A DNA stretch of 64,000 nucleotides. Origin: a virus. Taxonomy: Duplodnaviria; Caudoviricetes. Positions 55,025 through 64,000 of the stretch are shown here, piece after piece; position 1 is the stretch's first letter; the number at the start of each line of letters is the position of its first letter. The notes beneath the pieces are model-generated. The model was not told where the DNA came from and did not search any database. It saw only the letters and a list, made by a program, of their open reading frames with translations. Position numbers and translations under genes: made by a program. The stretch is taken from IMG/VR virus record IMGVR_UViG_3300007770_000001. One strand, 5' to 3'.

Positions 55025-55052
55025 GTTACGTCCCTGGGAGCACTGGGGAAAC
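55025..55052 (-). promoter_or_regulatory. GTTTCC-N16-CGTAAC motif
   Basis: Exact consensus, 17 nt upstream of ATG 55008. Confidence 0.7.
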
Positions 55053-55187
55053 CTCGCCGGTAGGAACACTATGGGCACTGCGGCGGCAGGGTCATCCGGG
55101 GTGTCTGTGTCGGAAGTCAGTGCGAGAGCAGATCGAACTCCGACCAGGTCGGGTATCGTCGCATCCCGGAATACGGAGAGACCATAG

Positions 55188-58100
55188 ATGGCGACCCAAG
55201 ACAAGTTCTTCCCCGGAAGCAGCGTCTCCCGCTACCTCATCCCGGGCGAGAGAAGCTGGGGAGAAGCTGTGTACCAGAGCGGGAAGCCCGTTCTGGATGC
55301 CGAGCTCATCCTCTCCCAGGAAATCGTCCGCGAGATGCAGGGCCTCCTGTGGGACCGAGAGACTCCCTCTGGTTGGCTCCGAGGACCTGTTCCCCTCGAT
55401 GGGAATGACTTCGCGGGGTCTCCCACGGCGAACTCCCTCCGCATGGTCAAGCGTACAGCTTTGGTGGCGGGCCTTCCGGTGGTCGTCGAATACACAGGAA
55501 CGACCACTCCTTCCCTGAACGAGATCGTCCTCGATGCCGCGCCGATTTTCGGGGGAGCTCCGCCGGATGTCAAGAGAACGGACTTCATCTTCCTCGAGGT
55601 GTTCCGGGCCCTCGTGTCTCACAGCCCTCGGGCTTCTGCGACCACGGAGGTCATCACCAACGCTGACGTGACGGCAGGAGATACGATCACCATCAACGGG
55701 ACTCCTCTCACTGCTGTGGCGGGTGCTCCCGCCGCCGACGAGTTCCAGATTGGTCTGAACGAGAACGCTACCGCTTCGAACATCGCAGCAGCCATCAATC
55801 TCCCAGGCAACAGCTTCACCAGCATCTGCACCGCAACGACGGATGTCGCGAACCCTGCTCTGGTCAATCTCCGTGCTGCGGATGCTTTGGCTGGCGCCGC
55901 CGGGAACGCTATCACCCTGACTCTCTCCCTGACGACAGGCGGCGCCATCCAAGTCAATGGTGGTGCAGGGCCCACCACGTTCTCTGGGGGTTCGGATACC
56001 TCGAACAAACCGACCCAGGCGACCCTGTATCGCCACGGGAACGTAGACGTTCCTTCGGGAGTGAACTTCCCTGATGATATCGCGGACCCCACCATTGGAA
56101 CCGAGTCCACCAAGCGGGTTCAGATCCAGTACCGCATTCGCACCACAGGGCAGTCCGAAGCCGTCAACTTCAAGACAGGGAACGGCTTCGAATCCTCCGT
56201 TCTGGCTCAGGGAACCCAGTCCGCCCCCGTCGCAGGCTATCCCTTTGTCCCCGCAGATGGGACGTCCTCCAGCGGCTCTTCAGACGCTTCTGCCTACCAA
56301 CGGGTAGACGCGGGCCTTTGGGTTGCTGGGGACGGCTCAGAGGCCGCTGCCACCGCCCTGGGGACAATCGATGGCTATGTCTACGCGGTTCCGATGGCAA
56401 TGGTCTTCCGGCGGAACGATGCATACAACGGAGGGGCCGGCGGGGGCTGGAATCCTCTGACGAATACCAATGGTGCACTCCCCCGTGTCCATGGAGGCTT
56501 TGCCAACCCTGTCGTCGGCGTTATCCCTGCGAACTCTTCAGACCGCCCAGATGGCCGGTTCCATGACGAGATTCTTCCCGCCGATGTGATGGATCTCCGG
56601 AAGCAGGTCTCCCCTGGAGGAATCGATCTGAAAGCGGAGCTCGAGCGGCAGATGACGTCCCTGATGGACGGGAACTTCGGAACCTGGGCCATCGATGCGG
56701 CGGACAAGAACACTCTGGGTGCAGGTTCCGGAGATGTAGGAACTCAGTTCCTGGTCTGCAATGAGGTGGGTCGCTCCGCAGCGAAGGGCGGAGTGGCTCC
56801 GGACAGCGGAAGCACCACTCGGGGCAACGGTATCGGGGACTTCGACCACATCCGCCGTCGGTTCGCTGACTGGCCTGTTGTGGAGCGTCGGGTTCTCCCA
56901 ATCCTCCCCACCGATCTGGTGGGCGCGCAGCCTGGCAAGTACGTCGCCAAGGTCACCGGGGGATACACGACGTGGGAAGCAGGGGATGTGCTTCACATCG
57001 ACCTGGACACCCTGGACGCCACCGGCCTTGGTGGCTGGGCCCACGCTCCCTCTGGAGTTCCCACAGGAGGAGGTGCTGTCACCAACCTGTGGCCTCTTGG
57101 GACCAAGGTGACCAACGTCCTCCGAGTCTTGCATGACGACGGCAACTACAACGCAGCCATCGACAAGAACGTAGCTCTGGACCAGGTCGTTGGTGTGGGG
57201 ACACCCCATATCGAGCTCACACTCGGACGGAACACCCTTCAGGCTACCGGGGGGATCAACGTCGCAGGATACGACCTGGTAGGTGCCGGAGGCGGAGGAG
57301 ACAACAACTCACCACGGCGCATCTGGGTCGAGCTCGAGATCACGTATCCAACGGCAAACGGGACAACCGACACCCCTGTAGAGATCACTCCCGACGCTAC
57401 TGTGTATCCCTCAGGACCGGTTTTCGAGAACCAGACCTCCCAGCGGCCTGATGACTGGGAAGGGGTCATCCAGCCCAAGTACAGGGATGGGGCTCGTGAG
57501 GTAGGTCTGGAGTACATCACCAACGACGGCTCTGGCGCCGGCTCGGGAACTCCGATCACGGACCTGGTCGTCAGCGACTCTACGACTACAGTGACGATGC
57601 CGCGCCGTGTCTATGGTTCGGGGGTCACGACGACCACCGTGACTGACCAGGTGTCCACTCTGCCTCGGGCGGTGGACACCGCGACCACCCCTTATGGGTC
57701 CAGCGCCCGTCGCATCGATCTTCAGGACCCTCTCTCAGGAGCGGGTCAGACCCTGGTCTCGGTGGAGTACTTCGCCCAGGACCCTCTTCCGAACTGGGGG
57801 GCCGTAGGCTACCAGCTGTCCTGCTACTTCAGGTCCGATGCTCCTCAGACTCTGGGCGTTCAGGCGGGAGCTCCCGGAACGGTGCAGATGCCGACGACGC
57901 TCCTTCTGCGTCCCCTGGTTATGTCCCGAACGCTCTGGACAGGCACAGCGGGAGCGGGTAGTGCTGATCTCCCGTATCCCTATGCCAAGCCTCTCGACCA
58001 GATCGCGGTCAACGGGGACCAGAGCCCGTCTCCCTTCCCTGGGGAATGGATCCTCTCGGCGAACGCCTCCATCTCGATTGCTGACTTCAGTGCAGAGACG

Positions 58101-58460
58101 GGCCTGCTGAATCTCCAGCAGCTGGTTCCTGTGGATGGGAACCAGGATTTCCAGTTCAGTTCCCTGGATGTAGACTCGGAGTTCCGAGTCGCATACAAGG
58201 TCTCGGACACGAGTGCCTACCGCCCGGTAGCCATGGCCCAGCCCCTCTCCGGAATCGCAACCCACAAGGTCTGGTTCCCCTTCTTGGCTCGTGCCTCTGC
58301 TGACGGCACCTTCTTCCGGAAGGATGAGGTTCTCCTGGTTGTGGTGAGCCGCTTGGCTATCCTGGACAACACCAACGTGGTGCGGTTCGTGGACTCCAAC
58401 AACGATACATGTGCCGCCGTCTATCGGACGAGGGGCATCTTCCTCTTGGCGTCGGAGTGA
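55188..58460 (+). CDS. Virion structural protein (tail/baseplate-associated, 1090 aa)
   Basis: N-terminal VSR.L......V.Q.GKP.LD.EL motif, shared with the gene starting at 63909; Gly/Thr-rich beta content. Confidence 0.7.
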   Translation: MATQDKFFPGSSVSRYLIPGERSWGEAVYQSGKPVLDAELILSQEIVREMQGLLWDRETPSGWLRGPVPLDGNDFAGSPTANSLRMVKRTALVAGLPVVVEYTGTTTPSLNEIVLDAAPIFGGAPPDVKRTDFIFLEVFRALVSHSPRASATTEVITNADVTAGDTITINGTPLTAVAGAPAADEFQIGLNENATASNIAAAINLPGNSFTSICTATTDVANPALVNLRAADALAGAAGNAITLTLSLTTGGAIQVNGGAGPTTFSGGSDTSNKPTQATLYRHGNVDVPSGVNFPDDIADPTIGTESTKRVQIQYRIRTTGQSEAVNFKTGNGFESSVLAQGTQSAPVAGYPFVPADGTSSSGSSDASAYQRVDAGLWVAGDGSEAAATALGTIDGYVYAVPMAMVFRRNDAYNGGAGGGWNPLTNTNGALPRVHGGFANPVVGVIPANSSDRPDGRFHDEILPADVMDLRKQVSPGGIDLKAELERQMTSLMDGNFGTWAIDAADKNTLGAGSGDVGTQFLVCNEVGRSAAKGGVAPDSGSTTRGNGIGDFDHIRRRFADWPVVERRVLPILPTDLVGAQPGKYVAKVTGGYTTWEAGDVLHIDLDTLDATGLGGWAHAPSGVPTGGGAVTNLWPLGTKVTNVLRVLHDDGNYNAAIDKNVALDQVVGVGTPHIELTLGRNTLQATGGINVAGYDLVGAGGGGDNNSPRRIWVELEITYPTANGTTDTPVEITPDATVYPSGPVFENQTSQRPDDWEGVIQPKYRDGAREVGLEYITNDGSGAGSGTPITDLVVSDSTTTVTMPRRVYGSGVTTTTVTDQVSTLPRAVDTATTPYGSSARRIDLQDPLSGAGQTLVSVEYFAQDPLPNWGAVGYQLSCYFRSDAPQTLGVQAGAPGTVQMPTTLLLRPLVMSRTLWTGTAGAGSADLPYPYAKPLDQIAVNGDQSPSPFPGEWILSANASISIADFSAETGLLNLQQLVPVDGNQDFQFSSLDVDSEFRVAYKVSDTSAYRPVAMAQPLSGIATHKVWFPFLARASADGTFFRKDEVLLVVVSRLAILDNTNVVRFVDSNNDTCAAVYRTRGIFLLASE

Positions 58461-58466
58461 TCTGAA

Positions 58467-61400
58467 ATGCCTCGCAACGTAAACCCAGCGGGCATCTCAA
58501 CCGGAGGTGGGACTGTTGCCCCGAACTCCGTAGAGGACTCCTCTCTTCGGAATCATCTACGGGATACCCGGCCTCTCGAAGCCCACGTCAATGATCCTTC
58601 CGAATCCCATATGGCGGTCACGGTTCGGATCACTGATAGTGGGGGGATGTACACATCGGATGAGGTAGAAGGAGCCCTGCAGGAGATCGGAGCAGGCCAG
58701 TCTGGAGGCCGGACCAACGGGTGGCTCCAAGGCGGGACTTGGACGGCGGTTGGGAACACCCTCACTCTGGACACCCCTTCCCTGGCTCTGATCGGATCCT
58801 CTGAGGTCTCGTTCTCCGGGTCCAGCATCGCCCTGCCTGATGGGACCCGCTGGGTTTACATCGACGCGACCACCGGGAACCTGACCTCGGATACCGTCGC
58901 TCCCAACCTCGTCAACGAACCCATCCTGGTAGGTCTGGTTGTGACTACCGGCGGGGTCATCAATGTCCTGACAAGCACGGACGCGCGGTTCTTCGTCTCC
59001 CAACTGGACCGGAAGCCTGCTCTCACTCTCCGAGAGACAGGAGGCACCAATGCCACGGCAGAAGGATGCTTCGTCACTCTTGAGGCGGCGCTCCTGTACC
59101 TGCAGACCTATGCGGCAACTGGAGCCTCTGAGGCGGAGACCCAGACGATCGTGGTTCGAGGGCCAATCACTCTGCCCACTACGGTGACGATTCCGGTTCC
59201 TGGGATCCGATTCGTCGGGGATGGAGAGGATGCCGCTTTTGTCACAGGGGCGACCCTCAACCCCATGTTCGATGTAGACGGGGTCACCAATACCCAGTTC
59301 CTCGACCTGACCTTCCGAGCAGACCACACCGGATCCATCGCTGTTGCCAGTACGGGATCCCCCGTTCTGAGTTTCCGCATGGAGCGCTGTCGGGTCATCT
59401 CCGGAGCTCAGGACTGGGACATCGGGGTGAACTTCCCGGACGCGACGGCCGTAAACACCGCGACTATCCGCGACTGCTTGTTCGAAGCGGATACTCGGGG
59501 AATCCTGATCGATCGAGCGCACGATACTCTCGTAGAGCACACCCGGATCATTGAAAAGGGTGCTGCCGGGGTCTCCGGAATCGAGCTCAACCTCTCCGGC
59601 CCCTTTGCCGGAGAGGGGAACAACCATATCCGTGCCTGTCGGGTCTCGGGCTTCACGACCGGGGCTTCTCTTACCGGAGATGGCTCTACAATCTCCAGCA
59701 CAACCCTGGAAGGCTCGAACATCGGTCTGCGTCTGGATGGAGGGGAGACCTCGGCAACGGATCTCCAGATCCTCCTGAGCTCTACCACTGGAGTGGACGG
59801 GATTCTCGCTGACGGTATTCCTTCCATCACCGGATGTTCGATCAACTGCCCTCGTACTGTCTGGGCCGCAGAGAACCCCCAGGGCATCACTGTCCTCGCA
59901 ACGGCCTCGAAGGCTCGGATCACTGGGAACAACATCTACGGTTTCGAGAACGCCACCTCTGGGTCCGGAATCCAGTTCTCGGCTTCCTCCATCCAGAGCA
60001 TCCTCTCCGGGAACACAATCACGAACTGCACGGACGGGATCCACTGCCTTCCCGGTGTCCTGAACTGTGCGATCAACACGAATACGATCTCCGACTGCAA
60101 CGTGGGTATCCGAGTCGAGGGGAACGACATCGATACTCAGAGGTCTTCGAATATCTCCATCGTCGGAAACCTCGTCACCGAGTCCGGAGAGACGGGCATT
60201 CTCCTCGTAGGGGAGATCCTGGACACCAGCGTAGAGGGGAACATCGTAGATGGGGCCATCCCGGGCTCAGAGACCGATCCCACGTCCAATGGCATCCTTG
60301 TTTCGGCAGCCAACGCGAACCTCCCTTCCCGAATCCAGGTGGTCAACAACCTCGTCTGGCGCTGCACTTCGGGGATCGAAGCCAGAGGAACCAACGCGAC
60401 CCTGCAGGTGGCTGAGATCAGCATCCAGGGGAACATGGTCCACCACTGCGCCTTCCCGGAGAACATTTCGGGCGTCACCAACACCTATGACGGGAGGGGC
60501 TCCAAGGGTATCGGGCTGGAATGGTGCTCAAAGGCCCAGGTTATCCAAAACAACATCCACAAGATCGGCACGGGCATTGACAACTCCGAGGTGGAAGCCT
60601 TCCCGAACGGGGGCGGCGCCATCCGAGATGTACAGTCCATCAGCATCTACGCGCGGAACTGTGATCGGCTCTCTGTAGACGGGAACGACGTCCGGGATAG
60701 TGTCGCTCTGGACTTCAACACCACGGGATTCCCTCTCGCTCACGGGATCTTCATCGAGGTCAACTCGGTCGCAACCGGAGCCGACTTTGAGGCGAACGAC
60801 TACTCGATTTGCGACAACCAGATCACCTGGGCGGCCATCCTTCCGGGGGTCGCTGGGGGCGGGGAGCGGGGGATCTCCCTTGAGGTCACGGCTGGGAGCG
60901 ATTCGGACACCAACCTCCTCCGGTTCGTGAAGACCTCTGGGAACATGATCCGCCGAACCCGGCGCAGCGGCATCCGATACATCGTCTCCGGAAGCGTCGC
61001 GGGAGGAAGCTCCGGGATCCTTCATGCCCAGATCAACGACAACATGGTCTGGAACGCCTGCGGCCAAGCAGCCCTCGTAGGGGAAAGCCAGGGTGGTATC
61101 GTCATCGAAGCCCTCGGAACAGGGACTGGCGACCCAATGGAGATCGTCGACTTCCTCGTCCAGGGGAACATCCTGGAGAACATCGGATCCCTCGCGGCGA
61201 CCGACGGAACTGGTATCCTCTTCGCTCTCTTCCGAGAGGCCAATCTCCGGGACATCTCGGTAGTTGGGAACAAGGTCACCGATGCGAAGGACTACGGGAT
61301 CTTCCTCCGGGTGGATTCTACCATCACAGGAGGACCCTCCAACCTGGATCGCTGGCTCATCTCAAACAACACCGTCCGGAACACAGACTTCACTGGCATC

Positions 61401-62168
61401 TTGGCGAACGCAGACGGGGCCGGAGTAGGTTCCGATGAGATCGACGGGGTCGTGGTCCAGGGGAACTACGTCGAGGACTGTACCGGAGGTGGAATCTGGG
61501 TCCAGGCGGACTCTCATATCGTCGGGCTGGACATCTCGAACAACCTGGGCAAGGACAACGGCGCCCACACTGTCACCGTTGTCTTGGCTGCCGCCACCCA
61601 GGATACCATTTCGGAAGCTCTCTCCATCCGTGGGAACACTGATCGAGGAGGGCCCGGTGTGGTGAGCTTCACCTCGAGCCACGGACTGGCAGGCCTCACG
61701 GTCTCCGACAACATTGCGCAGGGCTTCACCGGGACTGCCCTCAAAGTGGATATCGGGAGTTCCTCTTCTGGGATCAGCATCACCGGGAACAACCTCCGGG
61801 AGGATCTCCTTACCACCAACTCAGTTGGGATGGACATCGATCTCCCGAACAACGGCTTGCTTGGACTCACCATCTCCAACAACACCATCCGACAGGACAA
61901 CGGCTCCAGTACCAGCATGACCGTGGACTACTCGGGGGCGGGTACGAGTGCGAAGGGTGTATCGATCTGCGGGAACGCATTCTACGGGGCGACCACCAAG
62001 GTCACACGGACCTTCATGACGGTGGATGGGGGGCAGTGCTCGAACAACCTCGAGATCCCGGATGCTGGTTCTGGGGGCTGGGGCAACGGCGGGGCGGGAA
62101 CTTTCACTGACCAGACAGGAGGATCCCCTCCCTGGGCCAACTCCACTACTGTGAACAACCAGGACTGA
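58467..62168 (+). CDS. Right-handed parallel beta-helix protein, tailspike/depolymerase-like (1233 aa)
   Basis: Many repeats of the type I.GN.I....GI.. (ITGNNIY, LSGNTIT, IVGNLVT, VEGNIVD, VVNNLVW, IQGNMVH...). Confidence 0.75.
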   Translation: MPRNVNPAGISTGGGTVAPNSVEDSSLRNHLRDTRPLEAHVNDPSESHMAVTVRITDSGGMYTSDEVEGALQEIGAGQSGGRTNGWLQGGTWTAVGNTLTLDTPSLALIGSSEVSFSGSSIALPDGTRWVYIDATTGNLTSDTVAPNLVNEPILVGLVVTTGGVINVLTSTDARFFVSQLDRKPALTLRETGGTNATAEGCFVTLEAALLYLQTYAATGASEAETQTIVVRGPITLPTTVTIPVPGIRFVGDGEDAAFVTGATLNPMFDVDGVTNTQFLDLTFRADHTGSIAVASTGSPVLSFRMERCRVISGAQDWDIGVNFPDATAVNTATIRDCLFEADTRGILIDRAHDTLVEHTRIIEKGAAGVSGIELNLSGPFAGEGNNHIRACRVSGFTTGASLTGDGSTISSTTLEGSNIGLRLDGGETSATDLQILLSSTTGVDGILADGIPSITGCSINCPRTVWAAENPQGITVLATASKARITGNNIYGFENATSGSGIQFSASSIQSILSGNTITNCTDGIHCLPGVLNCAINTNTISDCNVGIRVEGNDIDTQRSSNISIVGNLVTESGETGILLVGEILDTSVEGNIVDGAIPGSETDPTSNGILVSAANANLPSRIQVVNNLVWRCTSGIEARGTNATLQVAEISIQGNMVHHCAFPENISGVTNTYDGRGSKGIGLEWCSKAQVIQNNIHKIGTGIDNSEVEAFPNGGGAIRDVQSISIYARNCDRLSVDGNDVRDSVALDFNTTGFPLAHGIFIEVNSVATGADFEANDYSICDNQITWAAILPGVAGGGERGISLEVTAGSDSDTNLLRFVKTSGNMIRRTRRSGIRYIVSGSVAGGSSGILHAQINDNMVWNACGQAALVGESQGGIVIEALGTGTGDPMEIVDFLVQGNILENIGSLAATDGTGILFALFREANLRDISVVGNKVTDAKDYGIFLRVDSTITGGPSNLDRWLISNNTVRNTDFTGILANADGAGVGSDEIDGVVVQGNYVEDCTGGGIWVQADSHIVGLDISNNLGKDNGAHTVTVVLAAATQDTISEALSIRGNTDRGGPGVVSFTSSHGLAGLTVSDNIAQGFTGTALKVDIGSSSSGISITGNNLREDLLTTNSVGMDIDLPNNGLLGLTISNNTIRQDNGSSTSMTVDYSGAGTSAKGVSICGNAFYGATTKVTRTFMTVDGGQCSNNLEIPDAGSGGWGNGGAGTFTDQTGGSPPWANSTTVNNQD

Positions 62169-62169
62169 C

Positions 62170-62985
62170 ATGCAGATCCACGCCAACCTCGCCTCTGACT
62201 CCGTTCTGGGCACGGCCAGCGATCCGATCTCCGGAGGTTCCACCCTGGTGAACGGCAAGTACACGCTCCCGGTTCCGGAGGGTGTCTCCGTTCCGGTGAC
62301 TGCGAGCTCCTATGTTCTCCCCAAGGACTCGGGATCCCTCCAGACCCTCATCGCCAATGATCTCTTGGCCCGGAACCCTGGGTACCAACACCAGACGAGC
62401 AACTTCTTCGCTGCTTCTGCGGACATCGCCCTCCTGGACTTGGGAGCCGCCCCGTTCCCCGCCGCAGGGAACATTTCTACAGGAGCCGTTCCTGTGGGAG
62501 TCCCTGCGTCTGTTGCGCGTTGTCAGGTAGGTCGTGGAGCCGGGCCGGCTCCGGTGGGGATCGCTCCCAACTCCGTGGCCATGCTTCCGATCAACCCCAA
62601 CGCAGCTTCCACCACCTACGGTTGTATCATAACGGATACTCTCGACATCACCTCCTTCAACCCGGGGAACCCAGGGACGGATGAGGTGATGGTTTGGTGG
62701 AAGGTTGCCCAGATGTCTACAACCGAGGATATCGTCACCGGGTACAACATCACCGGAAGTCTCAACACTCCGGCGCGGAAGACCCTCGATGAGACTTCCC
62801 AGACCCCTCCAGGTCTCCTCGTCTATGCAAGTGTGGACGATGGTGTGACCTGGCGTCAGGTCCAGCATCTTCAGCCCACCGACTTGGTTACTCCCGGAAT
62901 GGATCTCCGACTGGCTTTCGTCAACGACTCTGCCGCCAAGATCCATCTCCTCGGGTACGTTGTGATGTTCCCCGATCTGCCCTAA
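62170..62985 (+). CDS. Probable virion structural protein (271 aa)
   Basis: Tightly packed in the structural operon. Confidence 0.6.
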   Translation: MQIHANLASDSVLGTASDPISGGSTLVNGKYTLPVPEGVSVPVTASSYVLPKDSGSLQTLIANDLLARNPGYQHQTSNFFAASADIALLDLGAAPFPAAGNISTGAVPVGVPASVARCQVGRGAGPAPVGIAPNSVAMLPINPNAASTTYGCIITDTLDITSFNPGNPGTDEVMVWWKVAQMSTTEDIVTGYNITGSLNTPARKTLDETSQTPPGLLVYASVDDGVTWRQVQHLQPTDLVTPGMDLRLAFVNDSAAKIHLLGYVVMFPDLP

Positions 62986-63042
62986 GCGGTTCCCCGCCTA
63001 TACAGATCGGCGGGTAGCGCACCGGTAGAGAAGGGATCCAGT

Positions 63043-63909
63043 ATGGCTCAAGATTTCGGCACCGGCGTCTCTCGTACGCTCTCTGCTGCGGATCCTGTGC
63101 AGTATCGTGGATTGGGGGGGGTTTATCGTCTCTGGGTCTCCCCCCACCATTTCTACGTAGGGAGATCCAGAGATCTTCTCTCCCGTATTCGACACCACAG
63201 GAACTCCTTGTGTCGGAACGCCCATTCTAACCAACACATGCAGAACACTTTCAACAAGTACGGTGGTTTTCGGTGGGAAATCATTGCTCTTTCTGAGGAC
63301 AGAGCAGAGCAGGTCCAAATCGAGAGAAGTGTGTTGGATGACCTCTACAGGACTTCTGGATGCTTGAACAAAAGTGATCGGGCTGTAGGGGGGTGTCGGA
63401 AAGGTCCTCTGTCCGAGAAGACTAAAAAGAAAATCTCGGAAACCAAACAGAAGAACCCGTATCAAGCCACTCCCGAAGCTCGTGCTCGGATGAGTGCTGC
63501 TGCGAGGGGACGCCCCAAAACGGCCGCACACGTCCGGAACAATGCAGAGGCTCAAAAGGGGAAGAAGTTGTCCCCGGAGACCAAACGGAAGATCTCTGAG
63601 TCTCTGAAAGGCAGGAAGCCTTCTCCGGAAACTGTAGAGAAGATTCGAAAAGCGAACCTTGGGAAGAAACGCACTCCCGAGCAGAAGAGACGTCTAAGTG
63701 AAGGGCAGAAGGGGAAAGTTCTCACGCCGGAACATCGCCAGAAAATATCCGAATCCCTCCGGGGTCGGAAACATTCCGAAGAGGCCCGGCGGAAGATGTC
63801 TGTTTCCCAGAGAGGTCGTACTCACTCTGAGGAAACAAAAGCGAAAATTGCATCCGCTCGAAGAGCTTACTTCGAACGGAAACGAGCCCAAGCCCGCCCG
63901 GAGGCCTAA
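63043..63909 (+). mobile_element. GIY-YIG homing endonuclease with NUMOD3 repeats, fused to a captured 17-aa structural-gene start
   Basis: GVY.....FYVGRS.DL..R...H...L....H.N..MQ..FNKYG..F...E; repeated KGKKLSPETKRKISESLKG units; lower GC. Confidence 0.9.
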
Positions 63910-64000
63910 TGGCTATGAATTTCGGTAATGGCGTCTCTCGCACCCTGTCCGCTGCGGACAGGGGTTATGCGGTCGTCGTATGGCAGGTTGACAAACCGCC
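63909..64000 (+). CDS. 5' end of a virion structural gene (truncated by window edge)
   Basis: TAATG overlap; MAMNFGNGVSRTLSAADRGYAVVVWQVDKP, similar to the N-terminus of the 55188 protein. Confidence 0.75.
   Translation, partial: MAMNFGNGVSRTLSAADRGYAVVVWQVDKP

Noticed and set aside
1-64000. Genome-wide stop-codon reassignment (prompted by the UUA-anticodon tRNA)
   Set aside because: Well-conserved proteins (PyrC, PyrD, PyrE, exonuclease) are full length in the standard code. TAA, TAG and TGA all end genes at sensible positions, often with start overlaps.

Overview
GC-rich, gene-dense 64 kb segment of what is most likely a large (jumbo-type) tailed bacteriophage genome. No cellular housekeeping operon, rRNA or CRISPR array was seen. 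The two ends (1-12.4 kb and 55-64 kb) and 30-34 kb encode virion structural proteins: tail-fibre and baseplate-like proteins, a beta-helix tailspike-like protein and a putative neck/adaptor. The middle holds accessory genes on both strands: pyrimidine biosynthesis (pyrC, pyrD, pyrE), a 5'-3' exonuclease, two degenerate RecA-fold paralogs, a vWA protein, ADP-ribosyltransferase-like and sulfotransferase-like proteins, two cell-wall enzymes, one atypical tRNA and many small hypotheticals. The most notable biology is selfish-element invasion of structural genes, with four free-standing endonuclease genes. (i) One sits inside a 'fractured' structural gene whose halves carry an atypically split intein (37-aa acidic Int-N, 130-aa Int-C). 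(ii) One is flanked by a synonymously recoded duplicate of its host gene's last 9 codons and stop. (iii) One has captured the first 17 codons of its host gene, and a recoded copy of that start lies downstream. A fixed-spacing motif, GTTTCC-N16-CGTAAC, precedes at least seven accessory genes. All family assignments are from motif recognition by eye; no database searches were run.
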